The position numbers and the translations under genes were made by a program. Under the pieces are notes generated by a model. It was not told the DNA's origin. It was given only the letters and a program-made list of their open reading frames with translations, and ran no database searches. From Octopus sinensis (Eukaryota): a DNA stretch of 64,000 bases. The DNA is taken from NCBI RefSeq assembly GCF_006345805.1, contig NC_042999.1, positions 123,504,001 through 123,568,000 of the forward strand. The letters are read 5' to 3'. Below, one piece after another: positions 1-12,900 of the stretch (its first letter is position 1; every line of letters begins with the position of its first letter).

Positions 1-190
1 ATATGTATGTGCGTGTGTTTGTCTCCCCAACATCACTTGACAACTGATGCTGGTGTGTTTATGTCCCTGTAACTTAGTGGTTCAGCAAAAGAGACCGATA
101 GAATAAGTCCTGTGGTCGCTTTGCTCCACTAAAAGTGGTGCACCAGCATGGCCACAGTCAAATGACTAAAACAAGTAAAAGAGTAAAAGG
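1..190 (+). mobile_element. 3' half of tRNA-derived SINE (family A)
   Basis: Matches the post-microsatellite half of the complete copies at 6301-6760 and 10085-10460 (taacttag..ttc.gcaaaagagac.gatagaataagt...gactaaaacaagtaaaag). Confidence 0.8.
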
Positions 191-609
191 GTAAAGAGTA
201 AATATGGTAGAAAATTCCAAGTGATTTTTGTGCTCATTTGTGAAACTCCATGTCCCACCCTCGTAAGTCCAAGATTGAAAATAATGTTATGGAACTAGAT
301 ACTAATAATAAATTTTTGTTTGTTGATCTTTTGTGCTGTAAATTTTCAATTTAAACAAAATAATGTTGGTATGGTCTTAAACTTATTTTAATGACAATTT
401 CTAATCATTTGAATTAATTGCACATTAACATTATTCAAATTGCAGAAAGATATATAATATCTATATCATTTGAAAGAGAAAAAAATTCTACATAAACTGT
501 ATAAAGTAAAATAATTTTATACAGTTTTGTTAAAAATAAATTAATGAAAGAACAGAACTGTCATCATCAGTCTTAAACTTATTTTGGCTAGTGTATGTGT
601 GCATGTGTG

Positions 610-647
<38 letters not shown>

Positions 648-699
648 ACATGATAAATAAATTGTCGCCATTCTAGATTTTTGATTTTGTCGACTATAC

Positions 700-1375
700 A
701 GTATAGTAGGGTCAGTTGGGCACTGTCTGTGGGAAAAGCATCACCATGATCCAATTCTCTCTGCCAGAAATTTGGAAACGACATGCTTGTACTACTGCGT
801 GGCATTTGTGCAGGAAGCTCCAATACAAACAGATAGTGAACACACAGAACAACCATTGGCTTGCCATGTCCCTAAGTCATGTACTGAGAGTGATGAAAAT
901 CAAACACCCAGTCAACATCATGATGTTTGGAGTGATCACTAGTGATAGCGATGTTATGCATCCATTCATCTACCCACATGGCCTCACCATGGAGGCCTAC
1001 ATCAAGTGCCTGGTGGTGTTAGTGCTGCCCTGAGCCAAGAGGGTGGCTACTGGAAGACCACATGTCTAGCAACAGGACTCTGCACTATGCCACACAAGCA
1101 GAAGAACCCAGTCACGGCTGTCAGACAATTTCTGTGACCACATCACCCCTAACATCTGGCCAACTAACTCCTCAGACTGCAACTTACTAGATTATTATGT
1201 GTGAGGCACAGTTGAGCAACAAAACTCCTTGTAACACCAAAGATGAACTGAAGGCAAGGATTATGGTAATATTCACCAACTTAAATAAGGAGACTACTCA
1301 GAAGAGTTGCAGAAGATTCCAAAGTCATCTGTAGGCTATGGCTGAAGCCAATGGTGATTTTATTGGATAAATTTA
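700..1375 (+). pseudogene. Tc1/mariner-superfamily maT (DD37D-like) transposase remnant
   Basis: Translation across frames gives KHPVNIMMFGVITSD..HPFIYPHGL..EAYIKCL, QQDSALCHTS, WPTNSSDCNLLDYYV and KDELKARI..RFQSHL*AMAEANG, i.e. the QQDxAPxH / WPxNSPDxNPLDY motifs, with stops and frameshifts. Confidence 0.75.
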
Positions 1376-1429
1376 CTCTTTAGTATTTTAAGATATTTTT
1401 ATGTAATTTTGGTAAATGCTACCAATGCT

Positions 1430-1760
1430 CTACCATCTATCTGGCAGACTTGCAAGGCCCTTCTTCCAAAATTCACTTGTCCGTGATGAAAAATACTCCA
1501 CCAGTACTGTTCTGACCTCATCTACAGAATTTTTATTTTTTCCATCCAAATGATTTTGAAGACTGCAGAAAAAATGATAATCAGATGGGACAATGTCCAC
1601 AAATATGGTGGGTGGGGTATTGCTTCCCATTCAAACTGTTCCATCCTTTGGAATGTCATCCTTGCTGTATGTGGCCGAACATTATCTTTATGGAAGAACA
1701 TCTTTTGTTTTGAAACCAAAGGGGGTCGTTTTTTTCTTGTGCTGATTTAAGCTCAAGTTG
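1430..1760 (-). pseudogene. mariner (DD34D) transposase C-terminal fragment
   Basis: ORFs 1522-1719 and 1430-1630 give FHKDNVRPHTA..WEAIPHPPY / IVPSDYHFFCSLQNHL..FWKKGLASLPDRW. Confidence 0.85.
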
Positions 1761-1944
1761 CTTGCAATAGATCTTCTTTGTTATTGTTTAGTTTGGGTTT
1801 AAAAGTTCTATGCAGACTAAACCTTTCATATCCCACTAAACAGATAACAAGATGGAAGATGGAAGGTACAAGAATTTTTATTAATCACTACAATTGTTTT
1901 GACACATTTAGCAGCAATAGATTATATATATATATATATATATG

Positions 1945-2100
1945 ACAGGCTTCTTTCGGTTTCTGTCTACCCAATCCCCTCACAAAGCTTTGGTTGGTCT
2001 GGGCTCTAAAAGAAGACACTTGCCTAAGATGCCAGGCAGTGTGACTGAACCCAGAACCATGTGGTTGAGAAGCAAACTTTTTACCACACAGCCATGCCTT
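1945..2100 (-). mobile_element. SINE family A 5' (tRNA-like) head
   Basis: Reverse complement reads aggcatggctgtgtggtaaaaag..ggttctgggttcagtcac..gcaagtgtcttct, followed by (TA)n, as in the copy at 6301. Confidence 0.8.
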
Positions 2101-2808
2101 TTCATAGTTTCAACCTTCCGACTCCACACAATAAATATATATTTGTATGTGCGAGTACACACACACACACACACACAGATAATAGCATGTCTTGGTATAA
2201 GATTAGAGAAGCTGATTCAAAATATGAATTACTGGAGATTATACACAGGATTACATATGAAAAGGTGGACATCTTTCATTCCCTAAAAGTATTTCTAAAT
2301 ATAATATATGCCAGTAAATGAGCACTGCAAAGCTTAGCTTTAGTTGGAAATATTATAACAATAAACAGTCCAACCCATGCTAGCATGGAAAATGGACGCT
2401 AAACGATGATGATGATGATGATGAAACAAATTTAATAAACTTCAATATCAAATAATCATTCACTGCAGTTACAATATTACAAAAACAGGGTTAATGATAT
2501 TAAGAGTTATTGCAAAACTAGAATAATTATAAAACAAACCTGAAATATATTAGCCAGTGGTAGTTTTATAGATTAAAATTGCTGATATAATTTGCAATGT
2601 CTATCTCTCTCTCTCTCTCCCTACCCCCTCTATCTACTTTTCTCTTTGTCTAGTCCACTGGCCCACAGTGAAAATACTGACAGATCATTTAGTTAGCTGA
2701 GATGTGACTCTCTCATTATGTCTGCACTTTAGTTAACTGAATACTGAACATTATATAAGTTTAACTGTCCATGTGTAGTCATATATACATACCCACAAAT
2801 GATATATT

Positions 2809-2848
<40 letters not shown>

Positions 2849-3269
2849 GATATATTTGCATGTATATTTTATTATTTATTAAATGCTAAAGAGAAAGTCG
2901 ATTTTATTAAATCATACTTTGTGGCAAAATAGAGTTTGCCACAAGTAATTAACTACACAAATTAATATTTATCAATCATGAATTTTCCATGGGTATCCAC
3001 GAATATTGTTGATGAAAAAAAAGTTAATGTGCAAATAATGAGACTATATTAAGGTATCCAAAAGTTGTAAAAAATACAGGGATGTATTTAGCAGTTAAGC
3101 TAAACAGTTAAGAAGTTCACTTCACAATTGCATGGCTCTTTGTTTTGAACTCACTATGCAGCATTTTGAACAAGTGTCTTCTAACATAGCCTTGCGATAA
3201 CTATTACCTCATGAATGGAAATTTTTCTTGGTGTAAACTGTGTTAAGTCTGTCATGTGTGTAAGTATAT

Positions 3270-3309
<40 letters not shown>

Positions 3310-3311
<2 letters not shown>

Positions 3312-3395
3312 TGAGGGTAAAATTAATTAATCAATTTCACCAAGTGTTCAGTATGTAAAAGGACCATTTAAGGCGAATTCAAAATAAGCCCTAAT
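3310..3395 (-). repeat. Tail fragment of the hairpin-element family at 49881-50265, embedded in (TA)n
   Basis: Reverse complement (..ttttacatactgaacacttggtgaaattgattaattaattttaccctcaattg) resembles 50172-50265. Confidence 0.5.
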
Positions 3396-3418
3396 TATAT
3401 AATATATATATATATATA

Positions 3419-3661
3419 CTTTATTTAAAAGCAGCAGAAATTTAACAAAAGCTGTTACTCAGAGTTTCACATTCCCGTTTGTTGGACAGTTTTGTTAAAA
3501 TAGGTTCTAGTTTAGCAAAACTGCCCAATAAACGGGAACGTGAAACTCTGAGTAACAGCTTTTGTTATATTTCTGCTGCTTTTAAATAAAGCATATTACT
3601 CTACCTCTAGTGTTTGAGTACTCTTTTTCCACCTTGTTTCACATTTATGTGCTTACTCCGG
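3419..3661 (+). mobile_element. Miniature palindromic derivative of the Penelope-like terminal repeat (two ~78-bp inverted arms + 70-bp one-sided tail)
   Basis: Arms 3419-3497 and 3514-3591 are reverse complements. Arms and tail (3592-3661) align with 35751-35830 and 39320-39465. Flanked by (TA)n. Confidence 0.85.
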
Positions 3662-3683
3662 TATATATATATATATATATATT

Positions 3684-3714
<31 letters not shown>

Positions 3715-3716
<2 letters not shown>

Positions 3717-3862
3717 AGGTCCCGGGTTGATCGGGGTTAACCACAGTAAGTAAGGTACTCAATACATAGCAGAGTAATTAATTAATTTATTATATAGAAG
3801 GAGCTTCCTGAAGATTTCTCTTGAATGAACAGTACTAGTCCTGTAGAAGCTCCTTCTATATA

Positions 3863-3868
<6 letters not shown>
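3715..3868. mobile_element. Small tail+hairpin element in (TA)n (23-bp perfect arms 3785-3807 / 3846-3868)
   Basis: atttattatatagaaggagcttc ... gaagctccttctatataataaat; loop contains CTGAAGA...GAAC...GTC. Confidence 0.6.
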
Positions 3869-3910
<42 letters not shown>

Positions 3911-4027
3911 AATCCTTAAATCCTTAAAAATGTTTTAGCCAGAAGGCCGCGGCCATGCTGGGGCACCACCGCTGAATGAGCTACACTAGTTTGTGAATCC
4001 ACCTCTGATACGTGGCACTTGATCAAC

Positions 4028-4067
<40 letters not shown>

Positions 4068-4104
4068 GTAAGTTTGGATATACCCCCTAATATTATTATT
4101 ATAA

Positions 4105-4990
4105 TTATCTGTGCATACCTTCCTTCTTGTGACACTTGTGAAGACCGGTTGAGGCAAGTGAAAATCAAATCAAATCAAAATAGACAAAATAGATGAACAT
4201 CAATGGAATTGGTATCTTGTGGTACCAGTGCCTGTGGCACACAAGAAATCCATCAGTGCTGTAGTCAGTGCGGTGGGCACATGACAAACACCATCCGATC
4301 GTGGCCGTTCGCCAGCCTCATCTAGCACCTGTGTCGGGGCACATAAAAACACCATCCGAAGACCCGGCAAGACTAGTCAGGCCATAACCAATGGCCCCTA
4401 CTGGGACGTAGTCAGTCCACCTGTGCATACCTTCCTTCTTGTGACACTTGTGAAGACCTGTTGAGGCAAGTGAAAATCAAAACAAATCAAAATAGATGAA
4501 CATCAATGGAATTTGTATCTTTGTGGTACCAGTGCCGGTGGCACGTGGCACACAAGAAAACCATCCGAACGTGGCCGTAGCCAGTACCGCATCGACTGGC
4601 CTCCGTGCTGTGGGCACGTAACAAGCACCATCCGATCGTGGCTGTTTGCCAGCCTCATCTGGCACCTGTGTCGGTGGCACATAAAAACACCATCCGAGCG
4701 TGGCCGTCTGCCAGCCTCGTCTGGCACCTGTGTCCGGTGGCACGTAAAAAACACCATCCGAGCGGCCGTTTGCCAGCCTCGTCTGGCACCTGTGTCGGTG
4801 GCACATAAATCACCCACTACACTCTCGGAGTGGTTGGCGTTAGGAAGGGCATCCAGCTGTAGAAACACTGCCAGATCTGACTGGACTGGTGCAGCTTTCG
4901 GGTCCTCCCCAGACCCCAGTTGAACCGTCCAACCCATGCTAGCATGGAAAGCGGACGTTAATGATGATGATGATGATGATGATGATGATA
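4105..4990 (+). mobile_element. RTE-type LINE/SINE 3' region with internal ~55-60-bp tandem repeats and (GAT)n tail
   Basis: Ends ccaacccatgctagcatggaaagcggacgttaa(tga)n. Unit caccatccga.cgtggccg..tgccagcctc.tctggcacctgtgtcggtggcac repeats at least 5 times. Same 3' end at 2370-2422, 18750-19050 and 55935-56080. Confidence 0.75.
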
Positions 4991-5006
4991 ATATATATAT
5001 ATAATA

Positions 5007-6222
5007 TATCAGGTCATCCCATAGTTCTGTCCGAATTTTGAATAAAGAAAACAGTGATCAAGTGTTATATTTATTGAAATTTATCAATGTACTTCCCTGA
5101 TTATCTATGACTTCCTTCCATCTATTTACAAGCTTTTTAATCCCATCAATGTAAAACTCTTTTCGTTTCAAAGCAAAGAACTCTGAAATGCCAGTTTTGA
5201 CCTCCTCCTGGCTTGCAGAAGTTATGTTCCCCCAAATGATTCTGTAAACTATGAAACAAATGGTAGTCTGAAGGAGCAAGGTTGGGAGAATAAGGTAGAA
5301 TTTTTTACCAACCAAGGTCTTCGATCTTCTGTGATGTGATCTTTGCAGTGTGGGGTCGCACATTGTCCTGATGAAACATCACTCCTTTTTGATTCACTAA
5401 AGCGGGTCTTTTTTTCTTCAAAGCTTGGTTCAAATACTCTAATTGCTGACAGTAGACTTGAGCATTGATTGTTGTATTAGATGGTAACAATTCAAAGTGA
5501 ATTACTCCTTTGCAATCCCACCAGATAGAGAGAACCTTTTTCCCATGAAGTTCCCTTGTACCAAGCCACTGTTTATGATGTTTAACATTTTGATACAAGA
5601 TCTATTTTTCGTCACCAGTTACAAGTCTATCCAAAAAGGGTGAAATGAGTTCAGGAGAATGGAGAGAAGAGCAGATGTCGACTTGGGATTTGCGGTTGCT
5701 TTCAGACAATTCATGAAGCACCTATTTTCCGAGTTTAGGAACCTTTCCAAGTTGTTGAAGACGACGATGAACAGTTGTATGGTTTGAACTAAGCTTTATT
5801 GCAGGACTTTCAAGTAATGCCTCAAGGAGCTTATGAAACTCAACTGGATGTCCTGTTCGATATTCATCTTCAAGACTGAAATCTCCACTACTGAATTTCG
5901 CATCTTCTGCAAGTTCTTTCATTTAATCATTCTTTCCCATAAACTGAGTATGTTTCAAGTTGCTTCAGCTGCAGAGTTTCCTTTTTTGTACTCATAAAGC
6001 ATTATGTGCCTCAAATGCTCTTTGGATACTTCCATGTTAGAAAGGGTTTTAATCAAAGAAATTTTAATTCTATTATTCTGTAAAATAATATTTAATTAAT
6101 TTAAATGCACACAAATGCATAAAAATAATTTTTAATTGCATTAGACATTCTAAAATACTATTAAATTTCATTCAATTTTAAAAAAGGTAAAATCCGACAG
6201 AACATATGGGATAACCTGATAT
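5007..6222 (-). mobile_element. mariner DD34D transposon, ~1.2 kb, both TIRs present, transposase inactivated
   Basis: TIRs TATCAGGTCATCCCATAGTTCTGTCCGAATTTT (5007) and its reverse complement ending 6222, with TA flanks. Peptides SLEDEYRTGHP, KKVLSIWWDCKGVIHFELL, FHQDNVRPHTA, FYIDGIKKLVNRW. Confidence 0.92.
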
Positions 6223-6300
6223 ATGTGTGTCCTAATATTTTGTGAATGTCAACATGAAAACTGATAAATCAGCGTTGCTGAACTAAAATACATCATATAC

Positions 6301-6479
6301 AGGTGTAGGCATGGCTATGTGATAAGAAGTTTGCGTTCAGGCTACATGACTCTGGGTTCAGCCCCACTGTGTGGCACCTTGGGCAAGTGTCTTCTTTTAT
6401 AGCCCTGGGCCAACCAAAGCCTTGTGAGTGAATTTGGTAGACAGAAACTGAAAGAAGACTGTTGTGTATGTGATGTGTG

Positions 6480-6530
<51 letters not shown>

Positions 6531-6760
6531 TCATGTCTTTATATCTGTGCTTGTCACCCACCACCACTTAACAACTGGTGCTGATGTGTTTATGTTCTCA
6601 TAACTTAGCAGTTCAACAAGAGAGACTGAAAAAATAAGTACCAAGATTAAAAAAAAAAAAAGCACATACTGGGGTTAATTCATTTGACTAAAAATTCTTC
6701 AAGGCAGTACCTTAGCACAGACACAGTCTACTGACTAAAACAAGTAAAAGCTAAAATACA
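6301..6760 (+). mobile_element. Full-length SINE family A with internal (TA)n(TG)n microsatellite
   Basis: tRNA-like head (A/B-box-like), internal microsatellite 6470-6530, conserved 3' body ending aaacaagtaaaag. Confidence 0.85.
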
Positions 6761-9101
6761 AAAGATACCATATATGCCAGAGTAAAAGCCAACTGGGTAT
6801 ATAATACAATCCCAGAATTTGTTTTTTAAAAGGAGGCTTTGAGCTATACCCATTGTATAAGACTACCTGGTAATACTTCACTCTTGGTGCAGTGGCTTAT
6901 GGGGGTGGGGGTGAAGCAGAGTCCAATGCCTCTATGGCTGTTGGAGTATCGTCCTTATCACCAAGTGTTTTTACTAGAAAATACTTTTGGTAAAAAAATA
7001 TTCAGTGTTAGCATCATAGGAGTCGTCCACCACCATTGGGGACACTGTAAACTACAGCATGTTATGGTTCAGATTTTATACTCTTTAGCATTTAGATTAC
7101 TTATAGAATGACATTGCAAGGTAGGTGTGAGAGGATGAAGCTGGCCAGTTTGAACATAAGGCAAGTAAAATATTTGGGCCAGGTAAGGCCAGTTTAAATA
7201 CTAAAGGGTTAAAACTATCTCTGGTTTTAGAAAGGTTTTTTTTCTTTTTCATTCTTTTTTGAGGCTCAAATTTTGTTTTGTACACCAAATATATGGTAGT
7301 AGCTGTTCCACCTAAATTGCATAAACGTTTATTTGTCATTCTCACAATTGTAAATGCAGCAAACCAGTGATCACTGATGATATTGTTTAGAAATCTGACA
7401 TAAAATATAATACAGAAATAAAGTACCACAGGAAGGTACTGTAGTGACTGCCACTGTTATCAACTAAATATATTAGTCAATGAATGAACATCTACACCAA
7501 TGTTTCCCAATCTATTTTCCTCCCTGGCCCCACTACAACTTTCCTGAAAAATGTATTTCTCACAGGCAGTTGAAAAAAAAAACAACTTTATTTTTAATAT
7601 TTTATCACAATTATTTAATGCAAATAATTATATACTTTCTTTATATTGTTGCAAACAGTCTTCACACAGTATGTTTGACCAGAGTAGTCACTTTGGCTAG
7701 GCTGAGTATAGGGTTAGTATGTTTGCAGTGAAAAATGCTTTTCACAATTCCATGTCTTACTAAAGAAAACAGAAAAACATTTCTGATCCCTTGCCCTACC
7801 AGTATGGTATATTGAGAATCACTGGTTTACACAATCACTTGATCTGCTAAATAAGGCTGTTAAAATGCCTTAGAATGTCATTTACAGTTTGTAGATTGTA
7901 GAGACATTAGACAACATTATTCTTGACATACAGAAAGACAAAATGGTGTGACTATGGGTTTGACAGCAACAACAACTAAATAAATATCAGACAACTACCA
8001 CAGGGAGGGGAATTATTTACACATTTAAATGCTCTGCTTTACTCCATGTATCTTGAGACCTATTGCATCAAGATTGTTGCTGTGTATGAATTTGGTATTG
8101 TACATATTCCCAAAGCTCTTCTGAGTCAAACGTCAAACCAATAGGTTAATGGTAGTTATGTAGGAAATGCTGTCTGCTATGTAATATATCTTTATAATAA
8201 ATGGATAATAAATAATTGGACATAAAAGTGTAATAACTTCATGTGAGATAGTAAGAAGTACTTGACAATTCAAATGTTACTTTGGATTTATAAACATATA
8301 TGTATTATCTGGCAGAATCCTGTATTAATTCGCTTGTTAGACAATAGCAAAGAAGGTGTAATGAAAGCTGTTCAGATAATGTATGAGAAGACATTTAAAT
8401 AAATCATAACTATCCTCTAAAGAATAATTTTAAGTCCTCCCCTTCCATCCTCTCCTTTGGAATTATTACTGAGGACTTAACACACTCAATGGCTTTTGTA
8501 TATTGATGACTTACTTTTCATACAAGAGCTGAAGCAATGATGAAACAGTGTAGAGAAGAACTCAATTAAAAAGATCTAACATAAAACATAGCTAAGCGAT
8601 CTGAGATTGAACACATTATTAGATAAGGGTAAGTAGTACTAAGCTCAATACCATTACAATACTTAGCATTTCAAGTATAAAACAATAATTGCAGTAAATA
8701 GAAATTCAATACTGCATAATAACTGTAATTAATGATGTTGTGAATCACTGAAACAATACTAAGTGGATCTTGTGTACAAGTGTAGTATAAAAATAACAAG
8801 AAGCAAGTATAGTAAACATAGCTGTTGATATTGCCATTTTGTTGGTGACTAAGTTATATATATATATATATATATATAAATGTACATTTCGGAAATATGG
8901 TAAATATGAGAGAGGGGATACAGCAACTACAACCTCTTCATGAAACTTAGCTGGGCATTAAAATAAATTTCCTATATATGAAATAAATCCATCAGTTTAA
9001 CTTCAATGGATCATTGGGATCATGCGGGGCAAAGAGTGCATCAGTAAATGATTCTTGTAGAAAAATGCCTATTAAAATGTTGTAATGCACAGTCATGTAT
9101 A

Positions 9102-9532
9102 TGTAACAGGATGAGAGGTTCCTGCACTGGATGGGTGCAACTCGCATCCTTTACATTAAATATTAATCGAAGGAAAGAGTCGAAACTTCCAATTAACTTC
9201 AACATATAAATATTTTATTTCTTGATTCACAATATATACATTCTTCATTCTGGATGAATCAGCAGCCTATGAGCATATCGCAGTAGTCAAGTGCAGTGAG
9301 CCAAATCCTTTTCCATTCAATCATAGCAAAGATATACCACGAGATAGCAGCTTGAGAGAGCTGATAAAACACAACTGTCTTGTTCAGCTGCCGGAGTTCA
9401 AGAGAACGATACAAAGAAATTTCGCTGCAGCTAGTTTTCTGCACATGAGCATGAGGAAACTTCCGGCAGACCTCCCGGAAGACTCCAACTCTGTGCATGC
9501 ATGCTGGAGATTTCCAAGATGGCATCGCTACA
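9102..9532 (-). mobile_element. Solo LTR (431 bp)
   Basis: TGT...ACA termini, 4-bp TSD TATA (9098-9101 / 9533-9536), AATAAA on the minus strand, GC/CpG higher than the flanks. Confidence 0.65.
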
Positions 9533-10084
9533 TATAGATACACATAATGCTATATGTTGTTATTTTGTGTATACATAAATCGTATGTGAGTGCATTTAAA
9601 AGCATATAACAATGATCAATGCACCCTTGTTGACACAAAAGTGGGGTCTAATATACTACAGTTGAATGCAAACTCTGATTTACTCCTTATTAAAACAGAG
9701 GAGTATTCATCTTCATCATTTTACTTCCATCTTTTCTGTCAGCATGGGTCAGCCAGATCTAACTGTGTGTTGTGACTTCTTACAGTCCATCAGCATCAGA
9801 CACTCACACAGCAAGAGGTATAAAGAATGGCCTGATCTATTGTTTTATCTTATAAGTTTGACATGAAATTTACAGGTCATTCATCTTCCTATCAGCAACA
9901 AATCTCCAGAATAGACTGGGTCATTTTATAGTAGTACTGATATTAGAGAGGTAGTTACATATAACTTAAATGAATACCCTCTGCCTTACATCATCTCTGC
10001 CCATTCCTTCCATGAATTTAGATGAATCAGATACAAAAATTGAATTTCTCTTTAATGAATATTCTTTTATTCTTATTCTTTTAT

Positions 10085-10460
10085 TTTATTCTGTTTCAGT
10101 CATTTGACTGCTGCCATGCTGGAGCACCACCTTTAGTCGAACAAACCTACCCCAGGACTTATTCTTTGTAAGCCTAGTACTTATTCTATCAGTCTTTATT
10201 GCCACACTGCTAAGTTACAGGTATGTAAACACACCAACATTGGGTTTCAAGCAATACACAGATACACAAATACACACACACACATATATATACACACAGA
10301 CACACAACAGGCTTCTTTCAGTTTCTGTCTCCCAAATCTACTAACAAGGCTTTGGTCAGCCCGAGGCTATAGTAGAAGACACTTACCCAAGATGCTATGA
10401 ATTGAGACTGAACTTGAAACCACATGGTTGGGAAGCAAGCTTCTTACCACACAGCCACTC
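10085..10460 (-). mobile_element. Full-length SINE family A
   Basis: Reverse complement of the 6301-6760 architecture with internal (CA)n. Confidence 0.85.
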
Positions 10461-10479
10461 CGATAATTTTTTTAAAGTT

Positions 10480-12900
10480 TAAGTGTCAGTAAATAAGGAA
10501 GTCGATATTAAGGACAGTAGTTCAGGAGAGGACTGACTGCAAATGTGTTTCAAGTGGAGTTTAGGATATGAGAGACAATACCGAGAAGGGAATGTTACAT
10601 AGCTTGATCAGAGAAGCTGAGATTTTTATAAGATACAGAAGAATCACATAGAAAAAGCATGCCTATGAGTTAGCAGTTATAAAACATAGGGAATGAGTCT
10701 TAGTCAATCAACCAATAGTTTTTGGTGGGGATGTGATCAAGTTGTTTGTAAGACAGCCATGTAACATTATCATAAATATGAGAGCAGAGCAGTACAACAT
10801 TGTGAGCCTTGCATTTATTTTCAGAGGTGCAGCAACTAATTTTTTCATAGAATTGAAGAGGAAACCCAAACTTTGGATTTATATTTGACAATATTATATG
10901 CAATTTGGCCATGAAAGATTACATATTGTGGGACTCAACAATCATTATAAAATTTGAGTGTTTTAATTGTGTTTTGTTGAGATATATGGAGGGTACTGCA
11001 AGATTATTTCCATAGTTGTAGCAAGAGTGTTTTGTTCTATTAGAAGTACTTATGTTGTCATGTCTCTATTGGAAGATGTTGTTGCTATCTTTGCTCATGT
11101 AATCAGAGCATGCATAGTGCAAGTTGTCATAACTACATAAGTGTGGATGTGTTGAAAATTCAGAAGTAAAGAAGTACAAGAGTGTGTGGGGCTAGATGTG
11201 GAAATAGGTTATTAATACATGATTTAAAAAAAAGTGTATAAAACATAACCAAGTCTTGAGTCATACCAGATTCCACTGATAATCATCGGGAAAGAGATTG
11301 ATCAATGCATGCCCTACTAAAATAAATAGTCTGGTAGAAAACATCTGATCAAAAGTGAAGGGATTTTACACACAGATAACTTACTGTAGATAACATATTT
11401 TCATTTGGTAAATACAATCAAATATTTCATTGATATTGATGGCACCAGCATTGCTATGCAGAATCACTGAAGGTCAAAAGAGCATTGGTGCATGATGTAG
11501 CAGAGCAAGACTACAGTCAGTAGATCTCATTGTACAGAAGCTATACCAATTATCAAGACAAAAAGTTATAAAAATTGAGGCTTTCCTATCACCTTTGACA
11601 CGAGTGCTGTAGTTGGTGGGTTAGAGAGGTTATTGTTTTGGAGAATGAGATTCACTCTGCCTAGTTTACCTGAATCTAGTTAAGAGAAGATAATTAAGTT
11701 CAGAGAGAGAGAGAATTTAAACATAATAGGATCAAATTCTAGTGTACAGAGTGAGATTAATGGAAATGACAATGACAAAAGCAGTCTCTTTGTTGGGTTA
11801 AAATGATCAGAGAGAAAGAGTTTTTTGGAGTTTTTTTATTGTACTTATATACTTTGGTGCGACAGTTGGATTGGATAAGAAGAGTGAGGGAGGAGTTTCG
11901 CTGCATATGTGTAATGTAACATTTGAAACAAAACATACACCAAATATGGTGGCTTTATCAATGAAAGAGAAAGATATTGAGATATTTTTATGGAGATGTG
12001 GAAAGTAAAAGAATTCTACGGAGTAGAAAGCCTTCAAGTAAGAGCCAGAAGACCCATCTTCAGAGCATCAGCAAGGGAAACACTGAAGGGATTTGGGATT
12101 TGTAATATTTGGTTGTATACATAGCATAGGGATCCAACAAAATAAAATGACACCAGTTGCCTATTTCACTGTCTTGGATGGGACAGAGGTGAAAAATTAG
12201 TTAGCTCAGAACAGGTTTGAGCCATACTTAGTTAACTAACTTAAAGTTCCAGAGATGGAGGAAGGTATTGTTTTCTGCTAGGAAGTTGTGAGATGGATTC
12301 ACTTGATTAAACAGCTATCAAATGAATCCATGTTAATATAGTCAGTGATGACAAGTTTAAGGTTAGGTTTGGAGATGCCAAAAATGTGAAGGGTATTGGA
12401 AGAGACTGCATATCAGGGACATGGGTTTAGCAAGAACACTAATGAGCACATTCAGTTCAAAATAGCTGATGATTTGTCCTTTCTATCATCATTGTCACTA
12501 AGGAATATATCTGTATACAGAGATAGACTGAGACATATGACCTCTCATTAAGGATTGGAGGTCAAACAAATGCTGAATGCAGGTGGAGTTCAAACAGTAG
12601 AGATTGCTGCTGAATGTAAAGAAATAGAGATGACAGATTTTGGGTTAGAATGATCAGACATGTTTATAGCTGCTTCCCTTCCCAGATGAGAGTGGGAAAT
12701 TATAGATAATGTAGATGCCAACTTTTAGAAACAAGATGGAATATAGAGTATGCTCTGTATTAGAGATAGGAATACCTTGTTGAGTAGTAATATGGCTTAC
12801 ATGTTACTAGAAGAAGATAATGGCTAGAATGAATGTTTAACAAAAGCTCACTGATGTTGGTATAGAAAAGGAAATTTATCCAGCAGATTGATTATTGCTC
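10480..12900 (-). pseudogene. Heavily decayed CR1-group LINE
   Basis: ORF 10700-10912 (KFGFPLQF..LCSHIYD..QLDHI..WLID) resembles the CR1 ORF2 C-terminal KLGFL..EYCSHIW..LDxIQ..RLI pattern. Upstream sequence is similarly decayed. Confidence 0.45.

Noticed and set aside
3803-3850. CTGAAGA...GAAC...GTC as a hammerhead
   Set aside because: GAAA is incomplete and helix I cannot pair adjacent to the cleavage site; recorded only as a hairpin element.
4477-4937. Overlapping 109-144-aa ORFs; repeat array superficially CRISPR-like
   Set aside because: Units are contiguous degenerate repeats without unique spacers, in an RTE 3' tail of a eukaryotic genome; no cas genes.
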